64,000 bases of DNA from Lama glama (lineage: Eukaryota): contig CM052817.1 in the NCBI GenBank assembly GCA_028534125.1, positions 87,360,001 through 87,424,000 of the forward strand. The letters run 5' to 3'. Shown here in pieces: positions 49,961-63,570 of the stretch. The position numbers and the translations under genes are program-made. The notes beneath the pieces are model-generated. The model made no database searches. It was not told where the DNA came from and worked only from the letters and a program-made list of their open reading frames with translations. Positions within the stretch are counted from its first letter, which is position 1. The number at the start of each line of letters is the position of its first letter.

Positions 49961-51469
49961 CTATGATTTTCAAGTTTTATATAAAAGATTTCTCTCCCTT
50001 TCTCTGTGCCTATAGCTGGAGGTATATGTTTACATAAGTAATAAATAGTTTGTTATACCACAATATAGAAATACACAGGAGTAAGCAAATCTCATTTAGG
50101 TCACATTCTAGGAAAGACTTTGCAAAACAAAGAAAAGATACAATATATACCAAAACATGAGTTTCTAAATTTCTTAAAATACACTGTGGGCTCTACATTT
50201 ATGGCAGGTAAACCAAGCATTTAGAACACTGAGGCTCGATCTCACATCACATATACTTGTTACAGTGTGTGTAAGAAACAGCAATCATGAGTGTAACACA
50301 CTCATTTTTATGTGCATTCTTTGTGCACAAATGCAAGTCTGGCTCATGTTTATACCTCAGCGATTTTTGAAAGAAGATTAATGACATGAATACTTGCAAA
50401 GAAAAATGTCTATGTGACCAACATTGGTGCCACTCTTGAATATCAGTGTCATGGTGCTTTGCAATGGCTGCCTTTTTGCCACACATCCTTATTTTATGGA
50501 GGTGACAGGCTGTCACATGTAAGGTTTATTTCTATTACTTCTTTGGCTGCTTTAATTCACAGTCTATTTTCAGTGTCTTTCCCCTTCCTTTTCATATGTT
50601 AATTGTGATTTGAACCAATTAACATATCTAACAAATCCTAGAATTAATTCTTCAATTCAGAGGGAGGTACATAATTTTGCTGAAATATATTAGGCTTTTA
50701 AAAAATAACTCAGTTTCCATTATTTACCTACATTTTGGAAACTGGTTATGCCTACAGTAACTCACTTTGTTGCTAATTCTGGCTTCATTCAATGGCTAAT
50801 TTTAAGAACTGGACTTTAACGACTACAATTGCAAAACGTTCTTGTTAAGCTCTCAAAAGCAATCTCTGTTATTTCCTGAAAAGTCAGATTTTTGTATAAA
50901 TACCATTGTGAGCTCAAAGGGGATCCTCTTCTGTTAGGTCATGTGAGTGGGGATAGAGCTGTGAGGAAATGTGGGAAAGGATTTGGGGCAGGAACATACA
51001 GTTACATTTTTAAATGGTGGAGTCTGGGATGTCAGGGCTGGCAGGAATAAGTAATTGTATCTGCTTCACATAATACAAATGCTATTTTATTAAAGTGTGA
51101 TACACAGCTTCACACATGCCAAAAATTCATTCAGTTTCATAGAAAACCTTTTTTATTCTTTTGGAATTATCAGGGATTTTATATTTACCTTTCAGAGATA
51201 TTTTCTGTTTTTGAAATTGAAATACAGCTTAAAGACAAAGTAAGTTCAAAATCTGAAGATTATGGAATTGAATTTCCCCAACAGCAGACAGTTTTTAAAT
51301 CGTCATTTGTTTACTTATTATGTATCCTACACTACAGTGATTTTATTCAGATGTGAATAAAAGATAATGTTTGTTTATTGAAAATTTAATTATCTCTCAA
51401 ACAATTTAAAGATCCACAAACATAAAATCTAAAGTACACAAAAGCATAACAGACAACGCTCTGATCACT

Positions 51470-51960
51470 ATCCAGGTCTTCATTACATCAGGTAAAATGT
51501 GATCCAAAGCAAACAACAGAAAATCCAATTCACACTGACAAATGACAAAAGAGATTTAAGTACTTGCTTTATGTTCACACAAAGAACAGGGTCCACAGGG
51601 ATAATATTCTGCAACTCACATATCACTAATGAGCCAGGTTAATTTAGATCAAGTGACCACTCAATATCACTGAAATGATCTCATCTCTGAACTCTTCTAG
51701 GCGCCACCTTCATCTACAGGCTGGCTTATCTGGTAGTAGTAAAACTGATACTGCAACATAAGAGCTCATATTCCTTTTCCATACTGTCTAGAAGAGAAAA
51801 CTTTATTTTTTCTATCTGTTACCCAACATCCTGGGCTTGATTCCATTTAGAGTAATTTAGGATCAGATTTTAAAATAACAGCTTTGCAAGAAGATGTGTC
51901 CATCATGACCTTTTTGGAGTTGGGGGATGGAATCAAACTCATACTATAAGGCTGTACAAC
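51470..51960 (-). mobile_element. Old MaLR LTR (MLT1K-like)
   Basis: GCAAACAACAGAAAATCCAATTCACACTG start and CCTGGGCTTGATTCCATT...GGATCA motif. Confidence 0.5.
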
Positions 51961-52459
51961 AAAGATGTAGTAGCTGACAAAGGGACAGGCGGCGATGTCC
52001 ACTGTCTTCTAAAGATTTAGAGACATCATATTTAAAGACTGGTCATTATAGAAGTCTGAAATAATGTCAATCAGAACCTCTTTCTAAATATTTTGCTGTT
52101 GATTATTTTCAAACTACAAAAGCAATAAACGGCCACTTCAACAAAATAAACCACACAAATGCAGACAACTAATCTGCATACTTCCTCCAATGCAAACCTT
52201 TATCCTATCAAGATAAACAGTATTTCAAAAATAAATTTCCACATTGATCAGCGTATGACTAAAAATCATAGCTACTTGAGTATATAATATACAACTATTT
52301 TTGTGAAAAAAGTACCCTCTCTTGATCCTTTTTGTAAATTTAGTCTATGATCTATGTCTTTGTTATTGAGAAGTAAAGTCTGTGTAAAGAGATGTGGAAA
52401 ATGTAAGAGTCCAGAGTAATGAATTACTTAAAAACATCCTTTCTCCAAGAAGAAAAACA

Positions 52460-52940
52460 CTTTCCCATATCATTATCACTTAAGATAAAAAATAGAGCAT
52501 TTTGATAACCCCAGAAGCATTTCACTTGCTCCCACCAAACATAATTCCATCACGTTCCCTAAAGGAAACCACTAACTAGGCTTAAAGTAATCACACCTTT
52601 CTGTACGAGATTACGTCTGAATATGCACTACATTAGAGTCTTATTTTGCCTACTTCCAAACTTTTTATAAGTAAAATTATACATTAAGTATGCTTTTGTC
52701 TCTATTCTTTAACTTATATATTTTTGAGATTCATATACTTAAGATATATATCACTATAGTTTCTTTTCTGAGCTGCATAGCATTCTATTGAAAAAATACA
52801 CTATATATCATTTATCCATTCCATTATTGGTAGATGTTTGGTTTATTTTAAGTTTGGGGCTATCAGGAATAATGCTCTTTTTCATATATTTGGATGTTTC
52901 AGTGAAACTTTGCTGAAATATTTGCTAGACATCTATCTGG
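52460..52940 (-). mobile_element. Old L1 (L1ME-like) 3' UTR
   Basis: TTTATCCATTCCATTATTGGTAGATGTTTGGTTTATTTTAAGTTTGGGGCTATCAGGAATAATGCT. Confidence 0.8.
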
Positions 52941-53409
52941 AATAAATGGGAGGGGGCCTTCAAATTTTACTGTGAACTAATTGCTTATATAAATAATCTT
53001 TTAGTAGGGCACACTTGTCTATTGGGATTGTTTATTATACATAAACTTGCAGCTTATGGTCTTATGAGACATAGGTGTGCTGGGGAATAAAAGTTAATCA
53101 TGAATTGCCCTAACTATGATGAGCAATACATGAAAAAGTAGAAGCTCCAGCACTGAGTGACTTCCCGTGACAATTTGTACCATGCACAATTGGTGTTCAA
53201 CTCTGTGAACCCAAAACTCATCCTGTGGAGAAAAGTGATTTTAGGAAGCTGTACATGACAAATTCAGGGCTCCGTGATTATCGATGTGGCACTTGCAGTT
53301 CCCTATTATTAGTGTACTTTGCTAGTTACTAGTAAAGTGCGGAGTTGAGTAAGGCTTGTGTATCATGTGAGTCTGGAAATTCAGTCCTTCGTAATAGTGC
53401 CAAAATAAA

Positions 53410-53625
53410 AACAATAACTAATATTTATAATGGTTTCATATGAAGTAGCTTTTTTAATAATCATAACAACAATAGAGTTTAGGACTACTACAATCTCTGT
53501 TTTATAAATAAGGAAATGGAGAGCTTATGTAATGTAACCAATGCCTCAGAGCAATTGTGGAGCTGGGAAATAAACCAAGACATCTGGCTTCAGAGTGTGT
53601 GCTCCTAGCTGTATATAATATTACT
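53410..53625 (-). mobile_element. MIR SINE
   Basis: TTTTATAAATAAGGAAATGGAG...GTGGAGCTGGGAAATAAACCAAGACATCTGGCTTCAGAG. Confidence 0.75.
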
Positions 53626-54619
53626 ATTGGAATGCCTTACATTTTATGTTGTCCAGTGTAAGTGAGAATAACTGGTGAAAATATAATTTGTGGAGGAATG
53701 TGCAATACTCACCCTAGATTTCTTTTTTCAGCTGGCATGGGCTCTTAAGATGGAGAATGTAAAGTGGGAAGAGTTGTCATAACTAGAATTATGACAGATT
53801 ACATTTATTTTGATTCATAGGATGAAGTGAATGTAAGTATATCATCACATAATTTCTATTTATGCTATATCTGGAATTAAAATGAATTTTTATATTCTCT
53901 AGTGGTTCACAAAATAGACCAATATGCAAATTAATGTTTTTCATTGTTACTCTGATTTTTCACTTAAAGTGAAATACTATACATGGAAGCTCTGGGTAGA
54001 TGAACAAATAAGAATACATAAAAATAATAATTATTTAGGATTAAGCATTTTTTTATTCTTCTATCTTTCTCCTTATATTTTAATCATGCTGGTAGCTACA
54101 AATTTCAATGATACAATTACTTTGTGTTCCTTTAGACATAATTGATCACTTGTCTCATTCTCAATATCACGATGACTTTTCTGCTCTAGACCCATCTTGA
54201 TGATGGCTTTGCCACAATATTTATTTTCACTTGAGTTTAGTCTCTTTCTTTATTTCTTTGTCCATAATTTTGTTCTCTTATGAGCTAGCTGTTTGGCAAA
54301 TTGTCTTATATAAAAATGTTTCCTTTATCCAGTTGAGATTTCTAATTCCCAAAGCACAGATTTGGAAGAAATTGTTAAAAGTCTGCTCATGTAAAAATTC
54401 ACCCAATACTTTATCTAGGTTTCAATCAGTCAAAAATCATAATTTTATACAGAGATTGATTCTTATATCAGTTAGAGACCTGGCAGCAAAAAATTGCCAC
54501 TTAAGTAATTGAGACAAATTTAATGAGCAAAATGTTTTAAACTTATGAACAAGGTTTAAGACTACCAATAAGATATCCTTAGGCTAAGAAAAATGGGTAA
54601 TTTTACCTTCTTTAGCTCT

Positions 54620-54820
54620 GAAAAGATAAGGTAGGGAATCATTCTTCCCATCTCCTAATATCTTTCTGGAGTTTCTTATTTTCCTAAACCCAAACGTAAA
54701 CCAAAGGGTTCGGGAGTTCCTCAATGCAGTCAGAACAGAACTGTTTTCTGGGGCACAGACCATGATGGAGATGGGTGGATGGCGAAGTTGGAGGGGACTG
54801 CAGAAGATATCCAACAGAGA
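54620..54820 (-). mobile_element. ERVL LTR fragment (LTR33-like)
   Basis: The minus strand CCCCTCCAACTTCGCCATCCACCCATCTCCATCATGGTCTGTGCCCCAG...GACTGCAT...GTTTGGGTTT resembles the LTR33 5' part. Confidence 0.7.
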
Positions 54821-55632
54821 GACTGAACTGCTTCCATACATTTCTCAGGGTGAAAAAGTGTACGGATGCAGAAAGTGACAGTCCTTTCCCGTGTGAATCT
54901 TCTCATGAAGAAGGAGCTCCAGTTAAAGTCTGAGCCAGTCCAGAAATCATGCTGTGTTGAATATCTGTTTACTTTATAGAATATTTATACTCTAAAAAAC
55001 AGTATTGTTACCAAGAGATGAACAATTTCCAAACATTACAAAGCTAGGGCATACATAGCTGTGCTACAGTGTGACCTATGCCTAGTAGTTACTGAGCATT
55101 TTCGTAACATGGCAGGAGACTTTGCATCACTACACCAATGTAAATCTGCAGTGCTAAGACTGGAAGAAAGTGAGTAACTCTGTTGCTCTATGGGAAAGTG
55201 TTTCTGTACATATCATTTTTTACGAATGGGAAAAGAATCTCCAGGACTCCCATCTGTGGATGTCAATATCTGTCCCAGGATATTATCTGTATCTGACATC
55301 CTTATGAGAAATTGATGCTACTCAAGGATTATGTTTTAGTTGTGTTTTTAATACTCATTATATGCATATTACATTTCAATACTGTGACTGTAAGCATCAG
55401 AGTGATAAGTATTTATCTTACGATTCCTCAGAAATCAGTTCCCTTACTGAACTTTAATATCAATATGGTTTTGTGAGTTTTTTCTCATTTTGAAATTATT
55501 TAATCTCTTTCCCCCAAAATCTACATTATCATTATCATCATGGATATTAATAATTAATTGATAATAAGCACTTACTATGTGCTAAGCACTAATATTAACT
55601 GCTATATATATATTTGATACTTACAATAGTTC

Positions 55633-55808
55633 TACAGCTCAGTCCAATATAGTATGGTAGCCACTAACCACATGTGGCTATTTAAATTTAAATTTAGATT
55701 AATCAAAATTAAGATTTCAGTCTGACTAGCAACATTTCAAGTGCTCAATATTAGTGGACAGAACAGATTTAGAACAATTCCTCATCACAGAAAATTCTAT
55801 TTGACTGT
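55633..55808 (-). mobile_element. MER3-like hAT-Charlie MITE, inserted in a MIR
   Basis: GTCCAATAT...GGTAGCCACTAACCACATGTGGCTATTTAAATTTAAAT...CATTTCAAGTGCTCAATA...ATCACAGAAAATTCTATT; MIR-like sequence lies on both sides. Confidence 0.85.
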
Positions 55809-57000
55809 TTAATGAGATAGAAATTATAAGTAACCTAAGCCTTCAACCACAGGTATCTGATTCCCGAACTATACATTTCATATTATGCTGTACATTTCAT
55901 GACAATAGAAACCATCTGTATTATGTTTTCAGTTTTTAGCAGAATGCTTATGCATAGTAAACCATTCATGAATTAGTGGTAGAAGAAATGACTGAGTGAA
56001 TAAAATATCCATATAGATTATTTAAAGCTAGAATTTCTATGAAAGGCAATTACTCAATATCTGATTTAGTGTATGACCTTGTGTAGATGGTCATGTCCTC
56101 CATTCCTTCAATACAGAGGTTATAATTTCATACATTTTTGTGTTTCTCTCATAACTTGAGATTTCTTAAAGTATCCTACAGCCCCAAATTAATTTCTCCA
56201 TTGAATATATTTTTTCATACATTTTGCATATGGGTTAATTTTGTAAGATAAATCCATCGAAACAGCAATCAATTTAGACTGAACAGTACTTGCCTTCTGA
56301 GCATGCCAAAAATAAAAATGAACTAGATGTTTCATTACGATTCCCATTGGATTTTACTCATGTATTTCCAATACTCATTTATTGTTATGACATTGTTTTA
56401 TCAATTTACAAGTGTGCAGACTTCTTACTATCCTCCCCTGACTACTCATTGTATCGTCCAGGTTTGATTTATGCAAACTTTTCTTTCTACTGTGTTTCTG
56501 TAGTGCACTGAAAATAGCATAAATCTTTTATTTATATTCAATTCCTCCAGAGACTCAGCAATTTCATAGGTACTTTTATTCATTGAATGGTGTTCAGAGA
56601 ACAGTTGTGGATACTGGGAACTTCTCCTCCTTCAGTGCTTGTAGAGCATTCGTTTTGATAACTAATGTGCATCTGGGATTATTTTTTCCAATTTGTGTGT
56701 ATTCTTCACCTTGATAGGCAGCTTTCAACAGCTGTCAGAGAGCAGCTTCCTATACACACAGGAATGCTCATGTGGACTTGTAAAGATTAACTATGAACAA
56801 GAAAAAAATATTTATGAGTTATTTTAAGTTGCAGAAACACGCTCCCTCTTTAGGAGCAAAATTTCAGTAGAAGTCCATATATTTCTAGTTTGTGGTCACT
56901 GAAAATTTTGACCAACACTAGGAAACAAAAACCTGCTAATCTCTGCATGAAAATAATATTAATGAGAATAAACTCAGTTTATATATCTGGATTTATGTGG

Positions 57001-57487
57001 TGTAAGGCCTGAAACTAAGGCCCATATTATGTGCTGCCTTCACAGTAAAACTGGGATGCCTCAAATGCCAGAAGTCCTCCCTACTCTGCTCCCCATGGGT
57101 AGGGTTCCCCAGCCAAACAGCCTTCCTATCCAAGGGGCCAGAAGCAATTCCTGATTATATGAGTAGTAGGTTTCAGTTTTCTGCTGGTCTATGGAATTAC
57201 TCAGACAACTAATCACATGCTTCCATGGGAAACAGGGGCACCCAGCCTCTTGGCACTACAAAGCCTGCTACCTCTCACAGCCCGTGGTTTACTCTGTTCC
57301 CAAGTACAACTCCATGTGGCCTTGCTAGCCTATGGTGTCCTCTTCCTCTGACCTGTGGGTGTACGTGACTAATAATCTGCTGCCAGTCTCGCCTATCCAA
57401 TGTTGTGTGTCGTGTCTGGCCTAACTCATAACTCTAGCATGGAAATCCTTCCCTTCACAATGGGATGGATGGAAGGTAATTAAGACA
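57001..57487 (+). mobile_element. Solo LTR (ERVL-group, MER54/73/88-like)
   Basis: TGTAAGGCCTGAAACTAAGGCCCATATTATGTGCTGCCTT start, GTGACTAATAAT degenerate poly-A signal, TAATTAAGACA end. Confidence 0.75.
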
Positions 57488-57510
57488 ATTTGATGTTTTG
57501 TTGAGTGTCA

Positions 57511-57619
57511 CATATATATGTATAATTGAATCACTATGCTGTACACCAGAAACACCACCACATTGTAAATCAACTATACTTCAATTAAAGATAAAATAAA
57601 GAAAAAAGAAAAAAAGAAA
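57511..57619 (+). mobile_element. Very short L1 3' terminus with A-rich tail
   Basis: Same subfamily end as positions 25-109; no TSD found. Confidence 0.85.
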
Positions 57620-60287
57620 TAGTATTTGCACGTCAGAAACAGAACTATTAACTACACCAAATGACATATGCATGTATATTGCAATCCCTTTTATAGCTAA
57701 TTCATTTAATACTAGATTTATCACTAGGTCACTGAAATTATAAACAGCAAAAAGAAAACTGTTATAAGTTGAAGGAGCACAGAGTCTAATGGAAGACAAA
57801 AGGATATCAACAAGGAAATCAACAAGATGCAATCACTCTTTAAATCTGTTTTTCTCAGGGTTCTGTGAGAAGGTGGAAAAGACGTAGCAGTGCCTGGCAT
57901 GTAATGTGTATTCAGTATGGTTTTTAAAAATAAATGAATTAAAAACCGGCATGCCAGCTTAATCAGGAGTTATAAGGAAAGGCTTCTTTAAGGAGCTCCT
58001 GGAAACCAAGAGAGAATTCAGAAACAGAAGGCAGAATAGCAACCCTAAGCTGACAACCTGACAGCTCGAGACAGGACTTAGAAACGGAGACTGGGGTTCT
58101 AACACATTCATGTTTATAAGATATGTGACCTTGATCTACTCAGTGAAGAGCTAGATTAAACTTGTCAATAAACCTGAAAAGTAACATGATTTAATTGATA
58201 ATCAGGTTAGTATAAAATAATACACTATTGAGACACTAGCCTACATCCACCATATTAATATAATTCAAAATGTCTGAGAATGCTAACTATTGTTAGGGAT
58301 ATGAGGAAAGGGGAATTCTCATATGTTTCTGGTTTCTCTAATCCATGGAGTTCAAGAAGAGAATATATGAAGCAAAATATCTTGAGAAAGAAGAGGTTTT
58401 GTGGAGTACAGAGGGGGAAAGCATCATGTTTGCTCTTTTTATTTCTCTCTTATTTGCTCCTTTATTTTTATGGTGAATAGTATCATTTAGAAATTCATGG
58501 GTCCAGTGAAATATATTTAGATGATATTATCTAGGGTTAGCTAAGTTAAGATTCATTAATTAATAAATGGTCTAAATTTTTTCCCCAAAAATATTGAAGC
58601 TACTGCTAATAACATAAGGTCAAAGTACAGCATAAAAATGATTGGAAACAACAATTGTCTAATCTAATCAGCACTGGCATGGCATTATCCAAAAAGTAAT
58701 TTATCAAGATTATTTTTGATATGAATATATCCCTGTGATCTTTATTGCTGGGCTAAAACTTAACTGTGTATTTTGACTTGCCAATTGGAAAGTATGACAT
58801 CATCAAAAACAGAAAGATTTTTGTTAATATTTTTCTTCTCTATTTTCTAATTTTTAACTTATACTTGTGAATATTTTATAATGCATATATTATGTTAGTA
58901 TGAGAGGGAAAAAAATTCTTGACTGTATTGGCTAGAGACTCATTGAAATAATGAATTTTGTTATCTAAATTCAATGGAGAATCACCTAGAGAAAAACAAA
59001 GCTCAGTGGACAAATGGGGAGAAACTCTGGAGTGACGATGGTTCGGAGTCGTCTTTGATCTAGTTCACCAGGTCTGACTCTTGGCATTAAAGAGGGGGGA
59101 GCAAGAGCAGAAAATGGATTTAGAATTTAGAACTTCTATCAGTTCTTGCTTCTGATATTGTTTTAAAAGTGATTTATTTCTTTTTGAATTTCTGCTGTAA
59201 CCATCTTATATTCAGCCTACAGGGAGGTAAATGCGATAAATACTGGCACACTGTTCTCATTATGCATGACCACTAGAGATGCAACCTAGAAGTTAATATC
59301 ATTTGTTTTCCTGAAACATGGAACCAGGGTTAAGAATTATCTAGAGATTATGATTCAGGTACCACGAACTCAGCTGGGAAAAAACAAACAAACAAACAAA
59401 CAAACAAACCCCAAAAAATCCATGACAGAAGCTTGGAAATACTGAGACAGAGAAGGGAGAAAAGGAAGGAATGAAACAGAGACAGTAAGTAAAAAGAGAG
59501 ACTGAGAAAGAGAAAAAAGAAAATTGTTGGCAGTTTTTCATGCCAAGCAGGGGGCATAATGTTGAATAAAGGTATACAGAAATATCAGTTGAAATGACTG
59601 AGTATACAGCCAACTCAGACTATATGACTATATTCTTCATAGGTTTTGCCTTTTCTACATGACCCACACTATTGGCTTTTCCCAGTGCTGAGACAGTGTG
59701 ATGCCAATGCAAATCTTAAGCACTCCTAAGAGTAAAACTGTCTTTCTTCCCTTAGTATACATTAACATAATTAGATTTTCAGGAAAAATAAGACTGTTAT
59801 AGGAAACAGAGAGAAAAGAAACAGACAACACCAAATGATGGGGGAAGGGAGATAAAAAATAGAATTCTAGTCTTTATTTCAATCAACATTTAATCAAATT
59901 CTGCTCACCTAGTCAGTTTATGAAACACCAAATCCCTAATAATATAACCTTTTTTTAACCCCATCTGGTTTCAATGTTAAAAAAAGAATAGAATAAAACA
60001 CAACAAAATGTTGAATAGAAAATATAAATTTTCTATTAACGAAAAGATCTAATTCTGGTACATTTTATGTTCTAAAGGGGTCCTAATCTGTATAATTACT
60101 TGTTTGGTTCTTCAAGCTGTAGCTGCCCAAGTTGTCTCCCTGAGTTTCTAGAAAAGTAACACACTTTATGTGACTGAGTATTTCTTTCAGCATCTTCATC
60201 AGGCCCCTCGTGGGACTGTGCCAATTATCTCCTCAGTCTTAAAGAAGAATATTCTATGGTGGTGGGGAAGCCTGTTTCTTTCCTTCA

Positions 60288-60288
<1 letters not shown>

Positions 60289-60345
<57 letters not shown>
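60289..60345 (+). repeat. (TAA)19 microsatellite
   Basis: Perfect trinucleotide run; the source of the poly-N and poly-I ORFs. Confidence 0.97.
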
Positions 60346-60352
<7 letters not shown>

Positions 60353-60370
60353 TAATGCCCTTACCATGCT

Positions 60371-61215
60371 TTCTTTTTTAATTGAGCTTTTTATTTTGAG
60401 ATAGTGGTAGATTGACATACAGTTGTAAGAAATCACACTGAGAAGTCCTGTGTACCCTTCACCGGGTTTCCTTCCATTGTATGTCTTGGAAAACTTACAG
60501 TACAACATTGCAACCAAGCTAATGATATTGATACAGTCAAGGTGGATAAGCCTAGCACCACAGGAATCCTTCCTGGTGTCCTGTTATAGACACAGGGACT
60601 TCCTCTCCTGCCCCTACTACCTCCTCAGCCCCTGGCTACTGCTACCCTGTTGCCCATTTTCATAAGTTTGTCATTTCAAGAATGATATATAAATCGAACC
60701 ATAGTATGTTATCTCTTGGGATTGACTTTTTTCTCTCAGTGTAAGTGTGTATCAGAAGTTTACTTCTTTCTATTGCTGAGTAGTAACCAATGATGTGGAT
60801 GTTGCCACATTTTTGTTTGTTTTGTCTTTTTTATTAACTATTCACTCCTTAACACGTTGATTGCCAAATCACCCAAGCCTGGCTGACAGTTGTGTTTCCC
60901 AGGGGCACCCAATCCACAGTGGGTGATCACCATGTTTTAAAGGACAACATTCCAGATTTTGGCTATTTCAAATAAAGCTGCTATAAACATCTTTGCACAG
61001 GTCTTTTGAGTGAACACAAATGTTCATTTTTTGTGTGTCTAAATGCCCATTAGTAAATTTTCTGGATCATGTGGTAGTTGTATAGTAAATTTTTTTAAGG
61101 GAATAAACTGTTACAAAGTGTCTGTAACATTTTATACTCCAAGTAGCAAAGAATAAATGACTCAGTTTCTCTGTTTCCTTATAGCTTTTGATACTCACTA
61201 TTTTTTATTATAAAC
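60371..61215 (-). mobile_element. L1MC1/2-like 3' UTR
   Basis: TTTTTAATTGAGCTTTTTATTTTGAGATAGTGGTAGATTGACATACAGTTGTAAGAAAT...TGTGTACCCTTCACC...ATTGATACAGTCAAG. Confidence 0.85.
60853..60934. mobile_element. Putative piggyBac-type MITE (82 bp)
   Basis: TTAA on both sides (60849-60852; 60937-60940 after two extra T). Imperfect TIRs CACGTTGATTGCC..ATCACCCA / TGGGTGATCACCATG. It interrupts the L1 motif TTCACTCC-TTAA-AGGACA. Confidence 0.65.
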
Positions 61216-61284
61216 ACATTTTTTTTCAAAATTATTTTATCCATTTTAGTTCTTTATCTTTCCATATAAATTTTAAAATAAGCT

Positions 61285-61650
61285 AGTGTAATATGGTAGC
61301 TTTATTTTTAGTTTTGAAGGAATCTCCATATTGTTTTCCATAGTGGTTGCAATTTACATTTGCAACAACAGTGTACAAGGGTTCCCTTTTCTCCACATCC
61401 TCTCCAGTATTTATTATTTACAGACTTTTTGATAATACCCATTTTGACTGGGTTGAGATGATTCCTCATTGAAGTTTTGATTTGCCTTTTTCTAATAATT
61501 AGAGATGTTGAGCATCTTTCCATGTGCCTGTCAGCCATTTGTATGTCTTCTTTGGAGAAATACCTGTTTAGGTCTTCTGCCCATTTTTTGATGGGGTGGT
61601 TTGTTTTTATTGATATGGAGTTGTATGAGCTCTTTGTATATTTTCAGTTA
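61285..61650 (-). mobile_element. L1 ORF2 C-terminal (Cys-rich) fragment
   Basis: [53 protein letters not shown]...[11 protein letters not shown]. Confidence 0.9.
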
Positions 61651-63570
61651 GATATTTCTTTTATATACATTTAGAACCACACCAGTGTTAAAATCTTACT
61701 TTCACAATCAAACATAATTTAGAACACTCAGAAAGAGGAATTTTGCTTTATTTACCTGTAGTCTTGTTTATCATAGTCTACTTTCTTCATGTTCCAACGT
61801 TCATTTTTTTCTTATTTCTTTTTTATTTGGAAAATTTCCCTTAGCCATTCTTTTAGGTTGGGTCTAGAGTGACAAATTTTTTCATTTTCCTTCATCATAG
61901 AATGTCTTGATTTCCCCTGTATTCCTCAAGGTTATTTTCAGTGGATTTGAATTCTGGATCTACAGTTCTTTTCTTTAAAATGTTGTGCTACTCCATTTTG
62001 GTCTCTGGGGTTTTTAATGAGAAATCTACTGTCAATCCAATTGTTTTCCCCTAAAGCTATGGTCATTTTTCTCTTGCTGCTTTCAAGATTTTTCCTTTGT
62101 CTTTAGTTGTCAGAAGTGTCATTATGATGTGTCTGGAAGGGAATTTCTTTGGGTTTATTCTGTTTGAGCTTTTCTCAGTTTCTTTAATCTTTAGGTCTGG
62201 GTCTTTTGCCAATTTTTCAGTCTTTTTTTTTTTTTTTTTTTTTTTGAGCTCTTTTTCAGTCTACCCTCTCTTCCTCTTGTCCTTCTGGGACTATGATGAC
62301 ACAAATGTTAGGTCTTTTGTTAGAGTTCTACAGGTCTCTGAGGCCATGTTCTTTCTTTTTATTTTTTTAGTCTATTTTCTCTTTATTGTTCACACTGGGT
62401 AATTCCTGCTGTTCCATGTACCAGTTCACTGATTTTTTTCCTCTGGCTTTCCCATTCTGTTGCTGAACCTGTGGACTGAAATTTGGATTTTTTGTTTGGT
62501 TGGTTGGGGGTTTTTTGTTGTTGTTGTTGTTGTTGTTGTTGTATTTTCCAGTTTTAAAACTTGCATTTGGCTCTTCTATTTCATTGATATGCTTTCTTTT
62601 TCTTCACTGTGACCTTCCATTTTTCATTTGTTTCAGTCATGTTTGTAATTGCTCACTGTAGCACTTTTATAATAACTTCTTCAAAATCTTCGTAAGACAA
62701 TTCTATTATGTTGTGTTATGTTATGTTATGTCTGTCCTCTTAAGTTTAAATCTATTGATTGGCTTTCTTCATTTAGTTTTAGATTACCTTGGTTCTTGTA
62801 TGATTTGTAATTTTTTATTGAGGTATAACTGACATATAATATTAGTTTCAGCTGTACTACATAATGATTTGTAGTGTATATATTGCAAAATGTTCACCAC
62901 AGTAAGCTAGTTAACATCCATCACCATGTATAGTTATAGAATTTTTTTCTTATGATAAGAACTTTAAAGATCTACTCTCTTAGCAACTTTTCACTATGCA
63001 ATACAGTATTATTAACAATAGTCACCATGTTACACATTAGATCCTCATGACTTACTTTTTTCATAACTGCAAGTTTATACCTTTTGACCCCCTTCACCCA
63101 TTCTGCCCAACTCACCCCTGCCTCTGGCAACAACCAATCTATTCCCTGTTAATAGGACATTTTTTTAATTGAAATTTGGATATTAAGTTACTGTACGCTG
63201 GGTCTTATTTAAACCTTTGTTTTAGCTGGTATCCTCTGAACTGCTCTTGTAGTAAAAGCCCAAATTCCTCATTTCACCTCCGTGGTCACCAGGGATGAGG
63301 ATCCTCATTATTGCCAGATAGGAGTGGCCATATTGGCTCTCAGCCAGACCTTCAATGTGCTTCTTTGACTGGAAGGGACAGGAATACCTCACTATTGCCC
63401 CCCAACCCCCATGTGGCCTCCAGTGATACCACAGGGTAGGGGTTTAATAATCTCTTAACCCCCTGGGCTCTGGTGCAAATCCTTATTATTCAATCAAGAC
63501 AAATCTGGCACTACTCTAGCAGAGGGCACAGGATGCCTCCCAACTGCACACTGGGGTGGATGAAGTAGAT
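61650..63570 (-). mobile_element. Old L1 (L1M) ORF1/5' region, interrupted at 62811-63160
   Basis: Antisense ORF1-type motifs GAGAAATCTACTGTCA, TTGCTGCTTTCAAGATTTT and CCTTCTGGGACT...ACACAAATGTTAG. It resumes after the insert with GGTCTTATTTAAACCTT...GTTTTAGCTGG. Confidence 0.75.
62811..63160 (-). mobile_element. L1MA9-like (laurasiatherian) L1 3' end nested in the older L1
   Basis: TTTTTATTGAGGTATAACTGACATATAATATTAGTTTCAG...AAGATCTACTCTCTTAGCAACTTT...GCCTCTGGCAACAACCAATCT. A similar T-run/ATTGA sequence at both junctions is a possible TSD. Confidence 0.85.

Noticed and set aside
56991..57492. ATTTA/ATTTG as a TSD for the LTR at 57001
   Set aside because: It requires moving the LTR start to 56996 and still has a mismatch; not supportable.
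60170..60517. Poly-Asn and poly-Ile ORFs
   Set aside because: Translations of (TAA)19.
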